From Emiliania huxleyi CCMP1516 (Eukaryota): a stretch of DNA of 64,000 bases. Of this stretch, positions 52,633 through 64,000 are shown one piece after another. Where the stretch lies: positions 1,004,758 through 1,068,757 of the forward strand of contig NW_005201192.1 in assembly GCF_000372725.1 (NCBI RefSeq), written 5' to 3'. A program made the position numbers and the translations under genes. Positions within the stretch are counted from its first letter, which is position 1. Each line of letters starts with the position of its first letter. The notes under the pieces are model-generated. The model had not been told where the DNA came from. It saw only the letters and a program-made list of their open reading frames with translations, and searched no databases.

Positions 52633-53289
52633 ATGCTTCGCGTCTCGCTGGTCGCCTTTGCCGTCGCCGCCACCATCGGGGCGCCCGTCCAGAGTGCCGG
52701 AACCAGCTCCGACGTCCGCAAAATCCTATCGAAAAATTCAACCAAGATCGACACCGCACACGACAACATCAAAGACCCGGACGCTCTCCAACGTGGCCGC
52801 GCACTCGTGAACGGATGCAGTTGCGTCACACAAGGGACGTGCAACACGTTTGTATGCCCGTATGGGTATCGCCTCAGAGAGAACGCCGCGCAGCTCTTCT
52901 GCGACGATTTGGCGTGCATCAATACAAACTACAACACATGCTGCGTGTCCGCCGCGCTGTGCAACACGATGGCATGCCCGTCTGGGTATCGCCTCAGAGA
53001 GAACGCCGCGCAGCTCTTCTGCGACGATGTGGTGTGCATCGATACAGACTACAACACATGCTGCGTGTTCGACGGCCCGCCACCCACCCTGGCATGCCCG
53101 TCTGGGTCACGCCTCAGAGAGAACGCCGCGCAGCTCTTCGACTACAACACATTCTGTGCGTTTGAAGGCACCTGCGCGAGTTACTCCTGCCCAACAGGTT
53201 TGGAGCTCAAGCCCAACGCGGATGATCTTTGGTGCGCAAGCTCTATGTGCACCGATATGGATGTCGATGAGTGCTGTCAGTACTCGTAA
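52633..53289 (+). CDS. Secreted Cys-rich repeat protein
   Basis: Signal peptide MLRVSLVAFAVAATIGA; four about 40-aa repeats C...CP.GY.LRENAAQLFC....C....YNTCC, the third internally deleted. Confidence 0.8.
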   Translation: MLRVSLVAFAVAATIGAPVQSAGTSSDVRKILSKNSTKIDTAHDNIKDPDALQRGRALVNGCSCVTQGTCNTFVCPYGYRLRENAAQLFCDDLACINTNYNTCCVSAALCNTMACPSGYRLRENAAQLFCDDVVCIDTDYNTCCVFDGPPPTLACPSGSRLRENAAQLFDYNTFCAFEGTCASYSCPTGLELKPNADDLWCASSMCTDMDVDECCQYS

Positions 53290-53723
53290 AACATGCGCTC
53301 CTCGGACGCAAGGAGTGCGGAAGCCGCAAGCACCTCCTCGAGAGCAGGCTTCCAGGTGGGGACGCTGAGCATCTCGCCTCCACTCTCCCGTTTTGCTCGG
53401 TTGGGGTTGTCATCGGCCGCCGGCCCCACCGCAGGATGGTGAGCTGCATGGAACTTTCCCGGCCGGGGGGGGGCGCTGCCTTTCCCCCATCCATAGCCGC
53501 CTTTTGTTCGCGCCCCCCGTCGCCCTTCGGAGTTGCGCCCTCGTGTCTCAAACATGAACAGGGGTACGGAAGTGCGGACGATGGCGACAGGGATGCTAGA
53601 TTGTGCATTATTCTCGTTGACGTTGTGGGAACTCCTGTGGACCTAGCTGTGGACTATACAAACGGTATTATTTCTTTGTGTATTAACATTTGATGTAATG
53701 TACCTTAAGGTACACATGTATTC

Positions 53724-53877
53724 GTGCCAGTGCGCGCCCGCGCGCGTCCCCGTGCCCTGAAAGCAAGATCTCAAAACAGTAGGCCAAGAGAGGGAAGTCC
53801 CGTGTGCCCTGTAAAGAGAATTTTACAACAAAACTCCCTCGCACAACAATGGGCACGGGACTGGCGCGCACTGGCAC
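53724..53877. mobile_element. Short MITE with imperfect TIRs
   Basis: gtgccagtgcgcgcc...gtccccgtgccc versus gggcacgggactggcgcgcactggcac. Confidence 0.7.
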
Positions 53878-54781
53878 TAACAGCGACGTCCAGAGAAGGG
53901 CCGGCCTGCGAGTCGCCGATGGCCTGCACCTCGATGACGTCAGGTAGCAGCACCAGCGGGTCAGCCCACTCGGCGCTCGCCTCCAGCGAGAAGTGCGCCT
54001 CTCCGCCGACGACGAGGGTACCGCTGAAGGTGGGCGTCTCGAAGGCCTCGCGTAGCGGGCCTGACGGGATCGGCGACCAGCCGCCGCCGTGCTCGATCCC
54101 CACCGTCGCTGTCGCGCCGCCGTCCTCGAAGCGGAAGGCGGCGCTCACGCTGGCGTCGAAGCCTTCGTCGCCGCCGATCCGCATTTTCCCGGCGGCCGCC
54201 ACGTCGACGGTCGTGCTGGGCGCCGTCACCGCGAGGCTGCCGCCCCAGTCCTTGAACTCGAGCATGCCGTCGGCCATCGTGAAGGAGCCGGACGGCTCCG
54301 CAGTGAGCTCGAAGGACACGCCGCCGTCGCCGTCGAGCTTGAGCTCCCCTGTCAGCGCCGGCATCGTGAAGTCGGGGAGCAGGTTTGGCAGCGGCACCCA
54401 CGGCTCCTCCTCGGAGCCGGCACTCATCGTGAGGGCCGAGGCACCATTTGCGCTGACCGTACCGTCGATCTCAAAGCCAACCGAAGTGGATGAGCTCAGG
54501 TAAAGAGTCGCCTCGCTGAAAACGGTCAGACCGCCAGGCGAGGAGCATACCTCGAGCGAGGTGGACTCGAGAGTGTCTGGAATCAAAGTGACAGTTGACG
54601 ACGGCGATGGGGACAGCGGCGGCGGAGACGGCGAGGCGCAGAGAGGGGCGTCGTCGGCCAAGCCGAGGACCTCGTCGATGAAACCGGTAGCACCATCACG
54701 AACGCTGCGGCTGTCCGCCAGCTCCGGCTCGGCGAGCACTGGAGCCGGAAGACCCAGGCACGAGACGGCGATCGTCAGCAT
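53878..54781 (-). pseudogene. Secreted beta-strand-rich protein, 3'-truncated by the MITE
   Basis: Signal peptide MLTIAVSCLGLPAPVLA; two similar W.P.P...F..P...G.L modules; the frame runs into MITE sequence. Confidence 0.6.
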
Positions 54782-54859
54782 CGTGCGATCGTTGGCCTCG
54801 GTGCCGACACGTTACCCACACCATGCAAATGCGGCGGCTGCGCAGCGTTCGCCAAGACC

Positions 54860-55339
54860 TTTTCTTTTTCCGAGCTTAGCCCTCGATGAAAACAAACGCA
54901 AGGCGGACATGGCATATCGCTCTCGGGCCCACAGACATCCCGCACACCCGCCGCCCCCCCGCGCGCCCCACCAGCTTTGCCAACAACATACCTAAAACCC
55001 CGGCTGGGAGAAAGGGGAATGACAGTTTGGGATTGAAAGTCGAGTCCCTCGCACTCCATGTGCGAGAACGCAGAGAGAAATGAAAGCCACGCGTCCGGCC
55101 CCCAAGTCCGGCTCACGCGCCCCGAGCTCACCATCTACCGCACTGAACACTTGCGCCCCCTCGCTCCCAACCCATCCACCTCGCCTCGGGCCGCGCCGCG
55201 CAATCTCGGTCGATCTCGCGCAATCTCGGGCGATCTCGGGGCCGCGCCGCGCTATCTCGGGCGATCTCGGAGCGTCGCTTGCGCGGCGGCACACCTGCTC
55301 AAAAAAGGAAGGGCCCGGTTGGAGCCACGGGGCTCACGC
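54860..55339 (+). mobile_element. Copy 3 of the DINE-1/HINE-like element (inverted relative to copy 1)
   Basis: subTIR ttctttttccgagc ... gctcaaaaaaggaa, followed by hairpin gagcc-acgg-ggctc at 55322-55335; internal ATCTCGG repeats. Confidence 0.85.
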
Positions 55340-55589
55340 ACTCGCTCAGGGCGCCGCCTCACTCTGCGCCACTTTTGAGGCGTTGGCGAAGGCCGGTGAG
55401 GCGGCGCCCCGCGCGGCGCGTTCCTCGCCCTCCACGCCGACCCCTGCGCGCACCGCTCATCTCGGCCCTCCTGGGGTTACTCTCGCGCTCGTGCAGGGGA
55501 ACCCGGCGGGACTCCCTTCCCCCCACCTCCGACGGGTTGGGTCGGTTCTGCGCCCCTTGGCGCCTGTGCATATCGCGTGCCCGCCCGAC

Positions 55590-56160
55590 ATGGCTGGTGC
55601 CAAGGCCAAATCAACTGCCAAGGCTGGTGCCAGGGCCAAATCCACTGCCTGGCTGGCGCATCTCTGAGGCTACCCGCGCGCTGACTGCTACGCGCGCGGC
55701 GAGAGGCGCACCCCATCGGGGACAGGATTGAGGCCCCTGTACAAGCTCGGCAACGCTGCCGTCGTTGCCCTCCCGAGCCCTCAACACGATGCCGCACAGT
55801 GCGCAAGCCGTTCTGCGCACATGCCGCAGGGAGGAGTTTTCACTCTCCCGTCTGAGTTTCTCCTTCCTGCAGACGCGCAGCGCAAGGCTGGAGAACGCAC
55901 GCCAGTGCACATGCATCCCGACCCGCAGTTCTCCTGCGTGCGCCAGGGGCGGGTGCTAGACCAGATCGAGGGCCACGAGGACAAGGTTTACGAGCCAGGG
56001 GAGTGCTACCTGATGCCGCCGAACACGAAGGCACGCTTGTTGGGGCGGTCGTCGCCAATCCAAGGCTCCACGCCCACGCCGCCCTCCCCCCTCGACCGCA
56101 GATGGCTGCCATCTGCGTGAGCCCGGACGGCGAGGACTGCATCATCGACACGAGGATATC
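55590..56160 (+). CDS. Cupin-fold protein (multi-exon, possibly degenerate; boundaries approximate)
   Basis: RKAGERTPVHMHP.PQFSCVRQG....IEG....VYEPGECYLMPPNTK, then a GC-AG intron, then MAAIC. Confidence 0.55.
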
Positions 56161-56593
56161 TTCCGCGTGCCCGACTGCTCTACGTCCTGGGTCGTCCTCG
56201 AGCCGTCGATGTACTATCTGCAAGACCAGTTTTCACAAGAATTGGGAGCGTAGCCAGCCCGCAGTACCCTATAAGGCAGTAACCAGAGCGCACGGACCAC
56301 GGTGTCGTAAACCCTTGTACGGTAAATAAAGGAAAAGCCGTACCATGTCCATGAGAAATCGTGCGTGCACAGCGGTGTGCGTGCTGTGTGGTCCTCTGCC
56401 GCGCGCCGCCGTGTCGCGGTATGTCTTTTGCGCGTAGTGTCGGTTAGTGCAAAATGTGAGATAAGAGTAATCTAAGAACAAGACACAATACACAGTGCAC
56501 GCACGCGAGATAAGAAAACAGCTGAGACGAAAGGGCACCACGTCGGTCCGCTGCGCCGTGGAGAGACTCAGTCGGCCCGACACCCCTCCTGGA

Positions 56594-59100
56594 TCACAGG
56601 GGCGCGTCCGGAAGCAGCTTCACCGTCTTGCCTCCTCCCCTCTCGCCCGACCCGACAACGACGCTGTCCAGTGGCGCGAGCGGCGGCGCCACCTCCCTCA
56701 GCACGGCTCTCCGCGCGGGGGCTCCGCTCGGCGCAGCGGCCAACGCGGCGGCGGCTGCGGCGGCGAGCTCAGCGCTGCGCGACGCCTCCTCTCCCGCCTC
56801 GTCGACCGAGGGGAAGACCTCGTGGTGGCGGTGGGCTCTGTGGTGGTACGGCCGCGCGTCGCGCTTGATCAGGCGAGGCGTGTGCTGCTCGAGGGACGAG
56901 ACTGCGCGCCGGACCTCGTGCGCCGCCTTGTCGCATGCCTGCAGGAAGGTTCCAGGAAAGGTCCAGGGGCGGTCTAGGGAAAAGGCGTCGCGGTGCGCCG
57001 CCTTGTCGCACGCCTGCGCGCCCTGCCGCACCGCCTGCCGACCGAGCTGGTGCGGCATATACTTGCGCTTGAGCGTCTTGCGCCGGCCCACCAGCGCGCA
57101 GCCGACGCAGATGAGGCCGATGCCGAAGCCCATCACGGAGAGGTTCGGCGAGACGGGCACGTACTTGTGCTCCTGGTCACAGGAGTGAAGGAAGGAGTAC
57201 AGGGAGGAGGGAAGGAGTTCAGGGCACGTCACAGCATTGAGGGAAGGAAGGGAGGGAGGAAGGAAGGAGTTCAGGGGCACGCCCTTGTGCGCCTGATAGA
57301 CGACGAGTCCGCCGAGGACGGAGGTGGTGGTGACGGTGCCGTACTCGATGGGCAGCAAGCGCGAGGCGGGCAAGTGGACCAAGCCCTTGCGGAGCCAGTA
57401 GATGGCGGCGAGCGAGAGGAGCGCCCACGCAAGCAGCACGACCCAGAAAAAGGCGAAGCAGAGCTGAGAGTCCCCGACCGCGGTCAGTGCGAGCATCGAC
57501 GAGCCGCCCTTCATGCACATCTGCACGAGCGTCTCGAGGCCGCCTACAAGCGAGGGCCCGGGCAGGCTCCGAGCAGCTTCAGGGCGCGACAAGGCCAACG
57601 GCCATTCTTTGGCCGCCGACAACGATCGGGTACGCAAACGGCATCGCACTCTCCAGGCGAGAGGTGCTTGCAGCTCCCTCTGCAGCCCCGCGCACGGGAG
57701 AGGGGGAGCCGGTGACCTGCGGTGGGCAAAGAACAAACGGCCCGGTACGGTGAGAGGCGATGCAAGCGACGCGAGNNNNNNNNNNNNNNNNNNNNNNNNN
57801 NNNNNNNNNNNNNNNNNNNNNNNNNNNNNNNNNNNNNNNNNNNNNNNNNNNNNNNNNNNNNNNNNNNNNNNNNNNNNNNNNNNNNNNNNNNNNNNNNNNN
57901 NNNNNNNNNNNNNNNNNNNNNNNNNNNNNNNNNNNNNNNNNNNNNNNNNNNNNNNNNNNNNNNNNNNNNNNNNNNNNNNNNNNNNNNNNNNNNNNNNNNN
58001 NNNNNNNNNNNNNNNNNNNNNNNNNNNNNNNNNNNNNNNNNNNNNNNNNNNNNNNNNNNNNNNNNNNNNNNNNNNNNNNNNNNNNNNNNNNNNNNNNNNN
58101 NNNNNNNNNNNNNNNNNNNNNNCGCGGTGCGCCGCCTCGTGCTTCCCCGACATGGCAAAGTGAGGTGAGGGGTGTGCGCCCCCAAAAAATTGCGGAGGGG
58201 GGGGGGGGGGGGTATGGGTGTGGGTCGGCGCGCCGCGGGATTACAAGGGCTATTTGCAGTGGACAGTCCTCGAGCGCTAGTCGGGAGACAGGGCGGGGCG
58301 AGTGGTCCAGCATCTAAGTGAGTGTGGATCTAGCGTCTCGTGCCGCACGACCAGCACAGCGAGCGCTGTCACAGAGAGGACGAGGACGAGGAGGTAGCCT
58401 GCAGGTTCGAAGGGGGGGGGGGGTTAAGAAGCGGACTCTGTCTCGAAAGAGCGCGAGAGGGGCGCGTCCCCGGAGAGGGGCGCAGTCCGGCGAGGGCCGA
58501 AGAAAGCGCAGCCAAAAGACCGCGCGAGAAAAGGGGGTGCGGAGGTGGCCGCATCTAGCCCCAGCCGCCAAAGCCGAAGGGGTTGCTGGTCGGCGAGAGG
58601 AGCCTCGCGAGCGCGGGCGCATCGTACGACACGACCTCGGCAGGCGCGTACCAGCCCGTGACAGCTATCCCGCCCAGAATCAGCGCCCCGCCGTGGTAGT
58701 CGCATCGCCGCAACTCCTCGTGCAACACGCAGCGCGAGAGGGCGGCGTTGGCGACCACGATGGTTGCCATCAGCGCCGCCGCGAGAGACGCGGGCGTGAA
58801 GGCGAGCGCGAGGACAAAGACGCCGTTCCCGCCAAAGTAGACGGTGAGGCCCGCGAGCCAGATGGCGTGCGTGCGCGGGACGCGCGCCAGCGGCCCACGT
58901 ATACTCTGCGTGCCGCAGCAGTCTCCGAGCAGCACGTGCGGCTCGATGAAGGTGAGCGCATATTTCTGGATGGTGATCCCGATGGCGAGTAGCAGCACGG
59001 AAAGGAGGCAGAGCGCTATCCCGATGGCGCCGCCGCTGCCGTCCTCGCCCGCAGGAGCGAGCGGCGGCGGAGGAGGCGCGGTGGACGCGGAGCAGCTCAT
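56594..59100 (-). CDS. NIPA-family (DUF803, DMT superfamily) Mg2+ transporter-like protein, multi-exon, spans a gap
   Basis: GITIQKYAL; IWLAGL..YFGGN....ALAFTPASL.AAL....VVANA.LS...LHE; YWLRKGL....S.LLPIEY......VLGGLVVYQE. Confidence 0.85.
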
Positions 59101-60101
59101 CGCGACGTCCTTGCGACGCGGCGGGCGTCAGCACTGCGAACGCGGACGGCGCCGCGGCGCGTTGGAGCGCCCTTCCCAAGGATGTCACAGTCGCAAAAAA
59201 AGAATTTAAACAAGACAACTCTCTCTCACAGCACACAGGCTCGACACAGGTGCGAACTGGCGCGTGCTAGTACTATCACCGGCACACCAAAAAAAGAACT
59301 CGCGGAACGCAGGCCTCCCGGAGGGCCCAAATCCAGAATTGGCGGGCAATTGACCTCCCGCCGCCGCCGCCGCCGCCGCCACCACACGCCGCCGCCAACG
59401 CCGCCGCCACACGCCGCACGCACCCGCGCGCCGCAGCGCGCCGCACGCCCATCCTCCCCCTCGCCCGCGCGGCAGGCACGATCTCGTACGCGCAGCTCTG
59501 CCAGCTGGTGGAGGTGGAGTGGAGGCGGCACGGGCCGCCCGCGGGCCTGTACATGCAGCACCGCGCCGCCGCGCCGATCGCGCCGCAGCGGGCGCTGGCT
59601 TGAGGGCGCGACGGCGGGTGCGAGCGTGGCAGTGTGCGGCGTCGCTCAAAGGTGGAAAGGAGGAGGCGGCGCGCCGATTAGCGGCATGCATCTGTGGCGC
59701 ACAAGGCTGGTGTGCTCGACAGGGGCCCCTCGCTGCGTGCGCGTGTGATGAGGCCTGTAACCGCAGCCTGGGCTAGTACAGTCTACAGAGCCGTGTAGCC
59801 TGGTCGGCTGGGTTGCACACTGCACTTCACATGCGCTGGCGTGCGAGAACCGCGAGATGAAGAGGAGAGATGGGGTCCGTCCCCGTCTGCCATACCTCTC
59901 TTTTTCGCGTTCTCAAAATCATTCAGTCCAAAATTGCTGGTAGAGCTAGTGGTAGAGGCTCAGTCTCAGCCTGCACCGCCGACGAGCGTCTTCTGCGCGC
60001 AAACCGCACGGACAAGCTCGCGTCAGCCTCCACCGATGCTGAGGGTGAGGCAAAGCCCCGGCTGCGAGCCCGGGCGAGCAGACCGGTCCGGACGGAGTAG
60101 C

Positions 60102-60346
60102 CGCGGCCCTCTCGCCGGGGCGTGGCGCCGAGCGCCTTGGCCAAGAGCGCGAGCGACACCTATGGTGTCAACACCGCATCATCCATCCGCAAAGACAGAG
60201 ACGACCCTGAGCACCATTGCTCCAAAAGCTGACAGTGAGAGCCATCGAGCCGAAGAGAAATCACGACTCTCACAGTGATTTGGGCTCGGCAGCTTGTTAG
60301 CCCTCAGCCGAAGCTGGGGCCGGTCCCGTAGCCGAGAGAGCCCGCG
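60102..60346 (-). mobile_element. About 245-bp MITE-like element; 91 bp of it recurs inverted at 62332-62422 and a short piece at 63985-63998
   Basis: Imperfect ends cgcggccctctcg / cgagagagcccgcg. Confidence 0.6.
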
Positions 60347-60698
60347 CCGATGAGTTCGACGCGGTCGGGGGGGCCTGCGAAGAGGCCAGCGAGATGGCGA
60401 TCGCTGTGGGCTCTGCATGCTGATGCTCTCTCTGACTGACTGACTGACTCTGTCTGTGACTGTGTGCACTGTGGTCGTCGCGCGTGAAAGGAGCAGGCTG
60501 GAGGGCAGTTTTCTTCGTTTTTCTCTCTCCAACGGCGGCACGGAAACGCGAACGGGCGCGGAAACGAGAGAGTTCGCACTTCTCTGCACTCGACTGCGCA
60601 TCCCCCCCCCTTCCCCCGCACGTCCCTCAAACTTGCTTGAGGCGCGTGAGCAATGAACGCGGCAGCAAGCACAAAGAGTCTGTGCACGCATTTGCACA

Positions 60699-62374
60699 TA
60701 TGGCCGACGCCGCACCTCTCCTAGCTCCGCGCCTGGGCGCGGCCACTCGCGACAGCCGCCGCCGGCAGGTGCTCTCCATCGTGCGGCCGAAGCGTGGTGG
60801 GAAGCGCGCCGCCGCCACCGCCTACGCCTGGCTACTCGCGGGAGCCACCCTCCTCTGCGTTGTGCAGCTGGTGGTGGCAAGCTATCCAGAGCTCGGCGAC
60901 GATCCAGCCAACGACGTCTACTTCTTCGTGGCGGACGCGGTGCTCTCCTCCATCTTCCTCGCCGACTACAGTCTGCGGCTCTACTCTGCGCCAGAACTGC
61001 CTCGGATGGTCACGCGCGGCCTCGCTCCAGGAGAGGCGAGGCTGCGCTGGGTGTTATCAGGAGAGGCCGTCGTGTACGCACTCTCCACCTTCCCCTTTTT
61101 CCTCGACCTGCTTGTCGACGGCCGCTATTCGGGCGTGTTTGACAGCGGGCTCAATGCCAGCTGGGTTAGCACCTCTAGATGGGCCTCCCAAGGGGACACA
61201 GGGTAGGCTCTCGCTCACACGACCGACCCCGTGCAAGGTGCGCGTCTTTCGAATCCTCAACATCTTCCGCACGTCGGAGTACTCGGCCGCCGTAAACACG
61301 GTGCTACGCGTCCTCGTCGTCAACCGAACGATTCTGCTCGCCTCGCTCGCGATGGTGCTCTTCATGGTTTTACTCACTGCAACCCTCCTCTACTCGATCC
61401 TCCCCGACGCCACGCTCGCCGCGAACGGCATCCGCTCCATCCCGGACGCCGCTTACCTCGCCGTGCTCATGCTCACCGGACAGGCGCTGCCGGAGGGGTC
61501 CCTTTCCTCGGGCACGCGGCTCATCGTGCTCTTCACCTCCTTCTTCTCCGTGCCCATCTTTGCCGTGCCCGCCGCGATGCTGACCTGGGGCTTCGAGGGT
61601 GTGCGCCGAGCGTGGCAAGCGATGAATGCAGGCTGCGCGCCGAGCGGCCGGCGAGGGTTGTCTATAGGCGAGGCGCAGCGACTCGCGGCGCGCGCGGCGC
61701 GGCGGTTCGAGCGCAAGCAGGCTTACGGCGAAGGTGCAGAGTCTGCAGCGGGGACGATCGCCGCCGAGTCGTCCGACGACAGCGACTCCGACTTTGAAGA
61801 GTACCTGCGCACGGCAGCGGGGGCGGAGGGGGACGACGGCGAATTTGCGGAGGAGGCGCTGTCCTTCTTCGAGAGAGCAAGTTCGGACGCGGTGGGGGGT
61901 GGCGGCCGTCTCCTGCCAGAGGCGCGCCGCCTGGCGCAGGAGATCGAGTCGAAGCAGCAGCGTGCGGCGCGGACGCGGCACTTGCGCTGCGACGCGCTGC
62001 ACCTTGTCGAGGCGAGCTATGGCGAAGACAAGCCGGACGGGCATGCAGAGGCGCTGATGGAGGCGCGCCTCCAGAGCTTTGCCCAGCTCGTGCACTCGTC
62101 ACGGCAAGCAGAGGCTTCGACGCCGCTAGCTGCACCACTGGTGAGCGGGTCGGGCGCAGATGTAGAGGAGGAGGTGGCCTCCGGGGCACTGGTGGGTGAT
62201 GCGCAACTGCGGCGGCTGGAGGCGGTGCTGGACCGGCGTCTGGCCACTATGGATGCGCGGCTCGCGAAGCTCGAGGCGGCGCTGGTGCACCGACTGTCGT
62301 CCCGCAGCGCATCCCGCAAGTCGCTCGTCTACGCGGGCTCTCTCGGCTACGGGACCGGCCCCAGCTTCGGCTGA
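60699..62374 (+). CDS. Voltage-gated-like 6-TM cation channel (Ion_trans) with atypical pore LTGQ; two introns
   Basis: IFLADYSLRLY; LSTFPFF; S4-like VRVFRILNIFR; SIPDAAYLAVLMLTGQ; FAVPAAMLTWGFE. The C-terminus and stop come from a repeat. Confidence 0.8.
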
Positions 62375-62440
62375 GGGCTAACAAGCTGCCGAGCCCAAAT
62401 CACTGTGAGAGGCGTGATTTCTTGTTGGTTTTCTAAAATC

Positions 62441-62587
<147 letters not shown>

Positions 62588-62619
62588 AATGTTCATGAAG
62601 GTGCGCGGCATGGAGAGAG

Positions 62620-63823
62620 CATTGCCGCTCACGCCGCCTCTCTCGTACGTCGCGTTGACCCGCCCGCCGCCCTCAAGCCACGCCAGCACCGCCTCCTCCT
62701 CGCCTCGCCCAGCCGCTGCCACGACCGCATCGGGGGCTGCCAGGACCACGCTCGGCGCCCGCCCTTCCGCCACCGCTGGAGATTGCGTCTCCGCGACTCT
62801 CGATCCGGCCGAGGAAGCGCCGCCGGAGGAAGTGCCGCCTGCGCCTTCGCCGCCGGCTGCCGTCACCGCGGGCCGTCCCGCCACCACCTCCTGGAGGTGC
62901 TTCTTGAAGGCCTCGACGCACTCGGCGTGGCCCTTCTCCTTGGCAACCTGCAGCGCTGTCTTGCCGCCCCTTGGCAACCCGTCTCTAGAGCGCCCCTTCC
63001 TATCTGCTCCCGCCCGCAGCAGGCGGAGCACGACGGCGGGGCGGTTGAAGAAGGCGGCGCCGATCAGCGCAGTCCAGCCGTCGCAATTCTGCAGGTTGAC
63101 CTCCGCGCCGTGCTGCATGAGCAGCTCGACCACCCGCTCGTGACCTTTGTTGGCGGCGTACATCAGCGCGGTGTTGCCCTGGCTGTTCTGCAGGTTTATC
63201 TCAGCCCCGTGCAGCAGCAGCAGCTCGATCACCCGCTCGTGGCCGTTGTTGGCGGCGCGCATCAGCGCGGTGACGCCGATGCTGTTCCGCAGGTTGACCT
63301 CCGCGCCGTGCCGAATCAGCTTCTCAACCACCCGCTCTTGGCCGTAAAGGGCGGCGTACATCAGCGCGGCGAGGCCGCTGCTGCTCTGCTGGTTGATCTT
63401 CGCCCCGTGCCGAATAAGCGACTCGACCACCCGCTCGTGGCCGTGGCTGGCGGCGAACATCAGCAGCGTGATGCCGCTCACGCCGCCTCTCTCGCACGTC
63501 GCGTCGGCCCGCCCGCCGCCCTCAAGCCACGCCAGCACCGCCTCCTCCTCGCCACGCTCAGCCGCTGCCACGATCTCATCGGATACCGCCGCGGCACCGC
63601 TCGACGCCCGCTCCGCCGCCGCCGGCGACAGATTGCCCGGCCGCACCCGCACGCTCTCGCCGCTGACCTCGAGCGCCACAGCGTACCGCCCGCCCTCGAA
63701 GCTCCGCGCCACGCCCCGCTGCCCGTTCAGCTCGGGGCGGGAGGAGAGCCCGCCGAGCACGACTCGCTGGCCGAGCAGCGGCGCGTCGGCAGGCGACGTG
63801 CCGGCTTCGTGCTGCATCGCCAC
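62620..63823 (-). CDS. Ankyrin-repeat protein with N-terminal SH3/KOW-like module; second ankyrin block truncated at about 62620
   Basis: GQRVVLGGLSSRPELNGQRG...RYAV...VRPGNL; repeats of G.TALM.AA..GHERVVE.L..HGAE.N. Confidence 0.88.
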
Positions 63824-63874
63824 CCACTCGTGCTGTTTCTTTTGAGCAGGCGCAGGCGCGGAGGGGGGCAGAGC

Positions 63875-63959
63875 CTGTAGAGGATGTAGAGTGTAGAGCG
63901 CTGTAGAGCTGTAGAGATGTAGAGCGCTCTGGAGCGCTGTAGAGCTGTAGAGCTCTACA
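63875..63959. repeat. TGTAGAG-type short repeat cluster, probable element terminus
   Basis: tgtagag occurs about seven times, ending in the inverted ctctaca. Confidence 0.6.
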
Positions 63960-64000
63960 TCCGCCGCGTGACGAACTGCCTGTGTTCGGCTGAGGGCTGA

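Overview
GC-rich eukaryotic genomic DNA with four N-gaps (about 8575-9178, 21953-22052, 39703-39802, 57776-58122). The GC content, many GC-AG introns, repeat-filled introns, (TTAGGG)n, and AP2/NHL-BTB/ankyrin genes suggest a haptophyte alga such as Emiliania/Gephyrocapsa huxleyi (inference). Recognisable genes: THOC6, RPL13A, CTP synthase (3' half), an OXNAD1-like oxidoreductase, an Orn/Lys/Arg decarboxylase, a NIPA-type Mg transporter, an LCM-type methyltransferase, EF-hand, NHL-BTB, AP2-RING, ankyrin, cupin and Kv-like channel genes. There are also several truncated or chimeric gene fragments, two transposase genes (Plavaka/CACTA-like and Sola-like), an hAT MITE with an 8-bp TSD, and several non-autonomous repeat families. 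The most striking pattern, invisible in the ORF track, is intron architecture. At least a dozen introns in several unrelated genes begin with a direct copy (about 8-29 nt, perfect to decayed) of the start of the next exon, followed by low-complexity filler that often has a CCGAGA(T/C) core and ends in YAG. This looks like an ongoing 'duplicate-and-fill' intron-gain process that could explain the GC donors. The CCGAGAT motif also occurs inside a DINE-1/Helentron-like element found just upstream of three genes. All exon models are by-eye predictions without transcript data.
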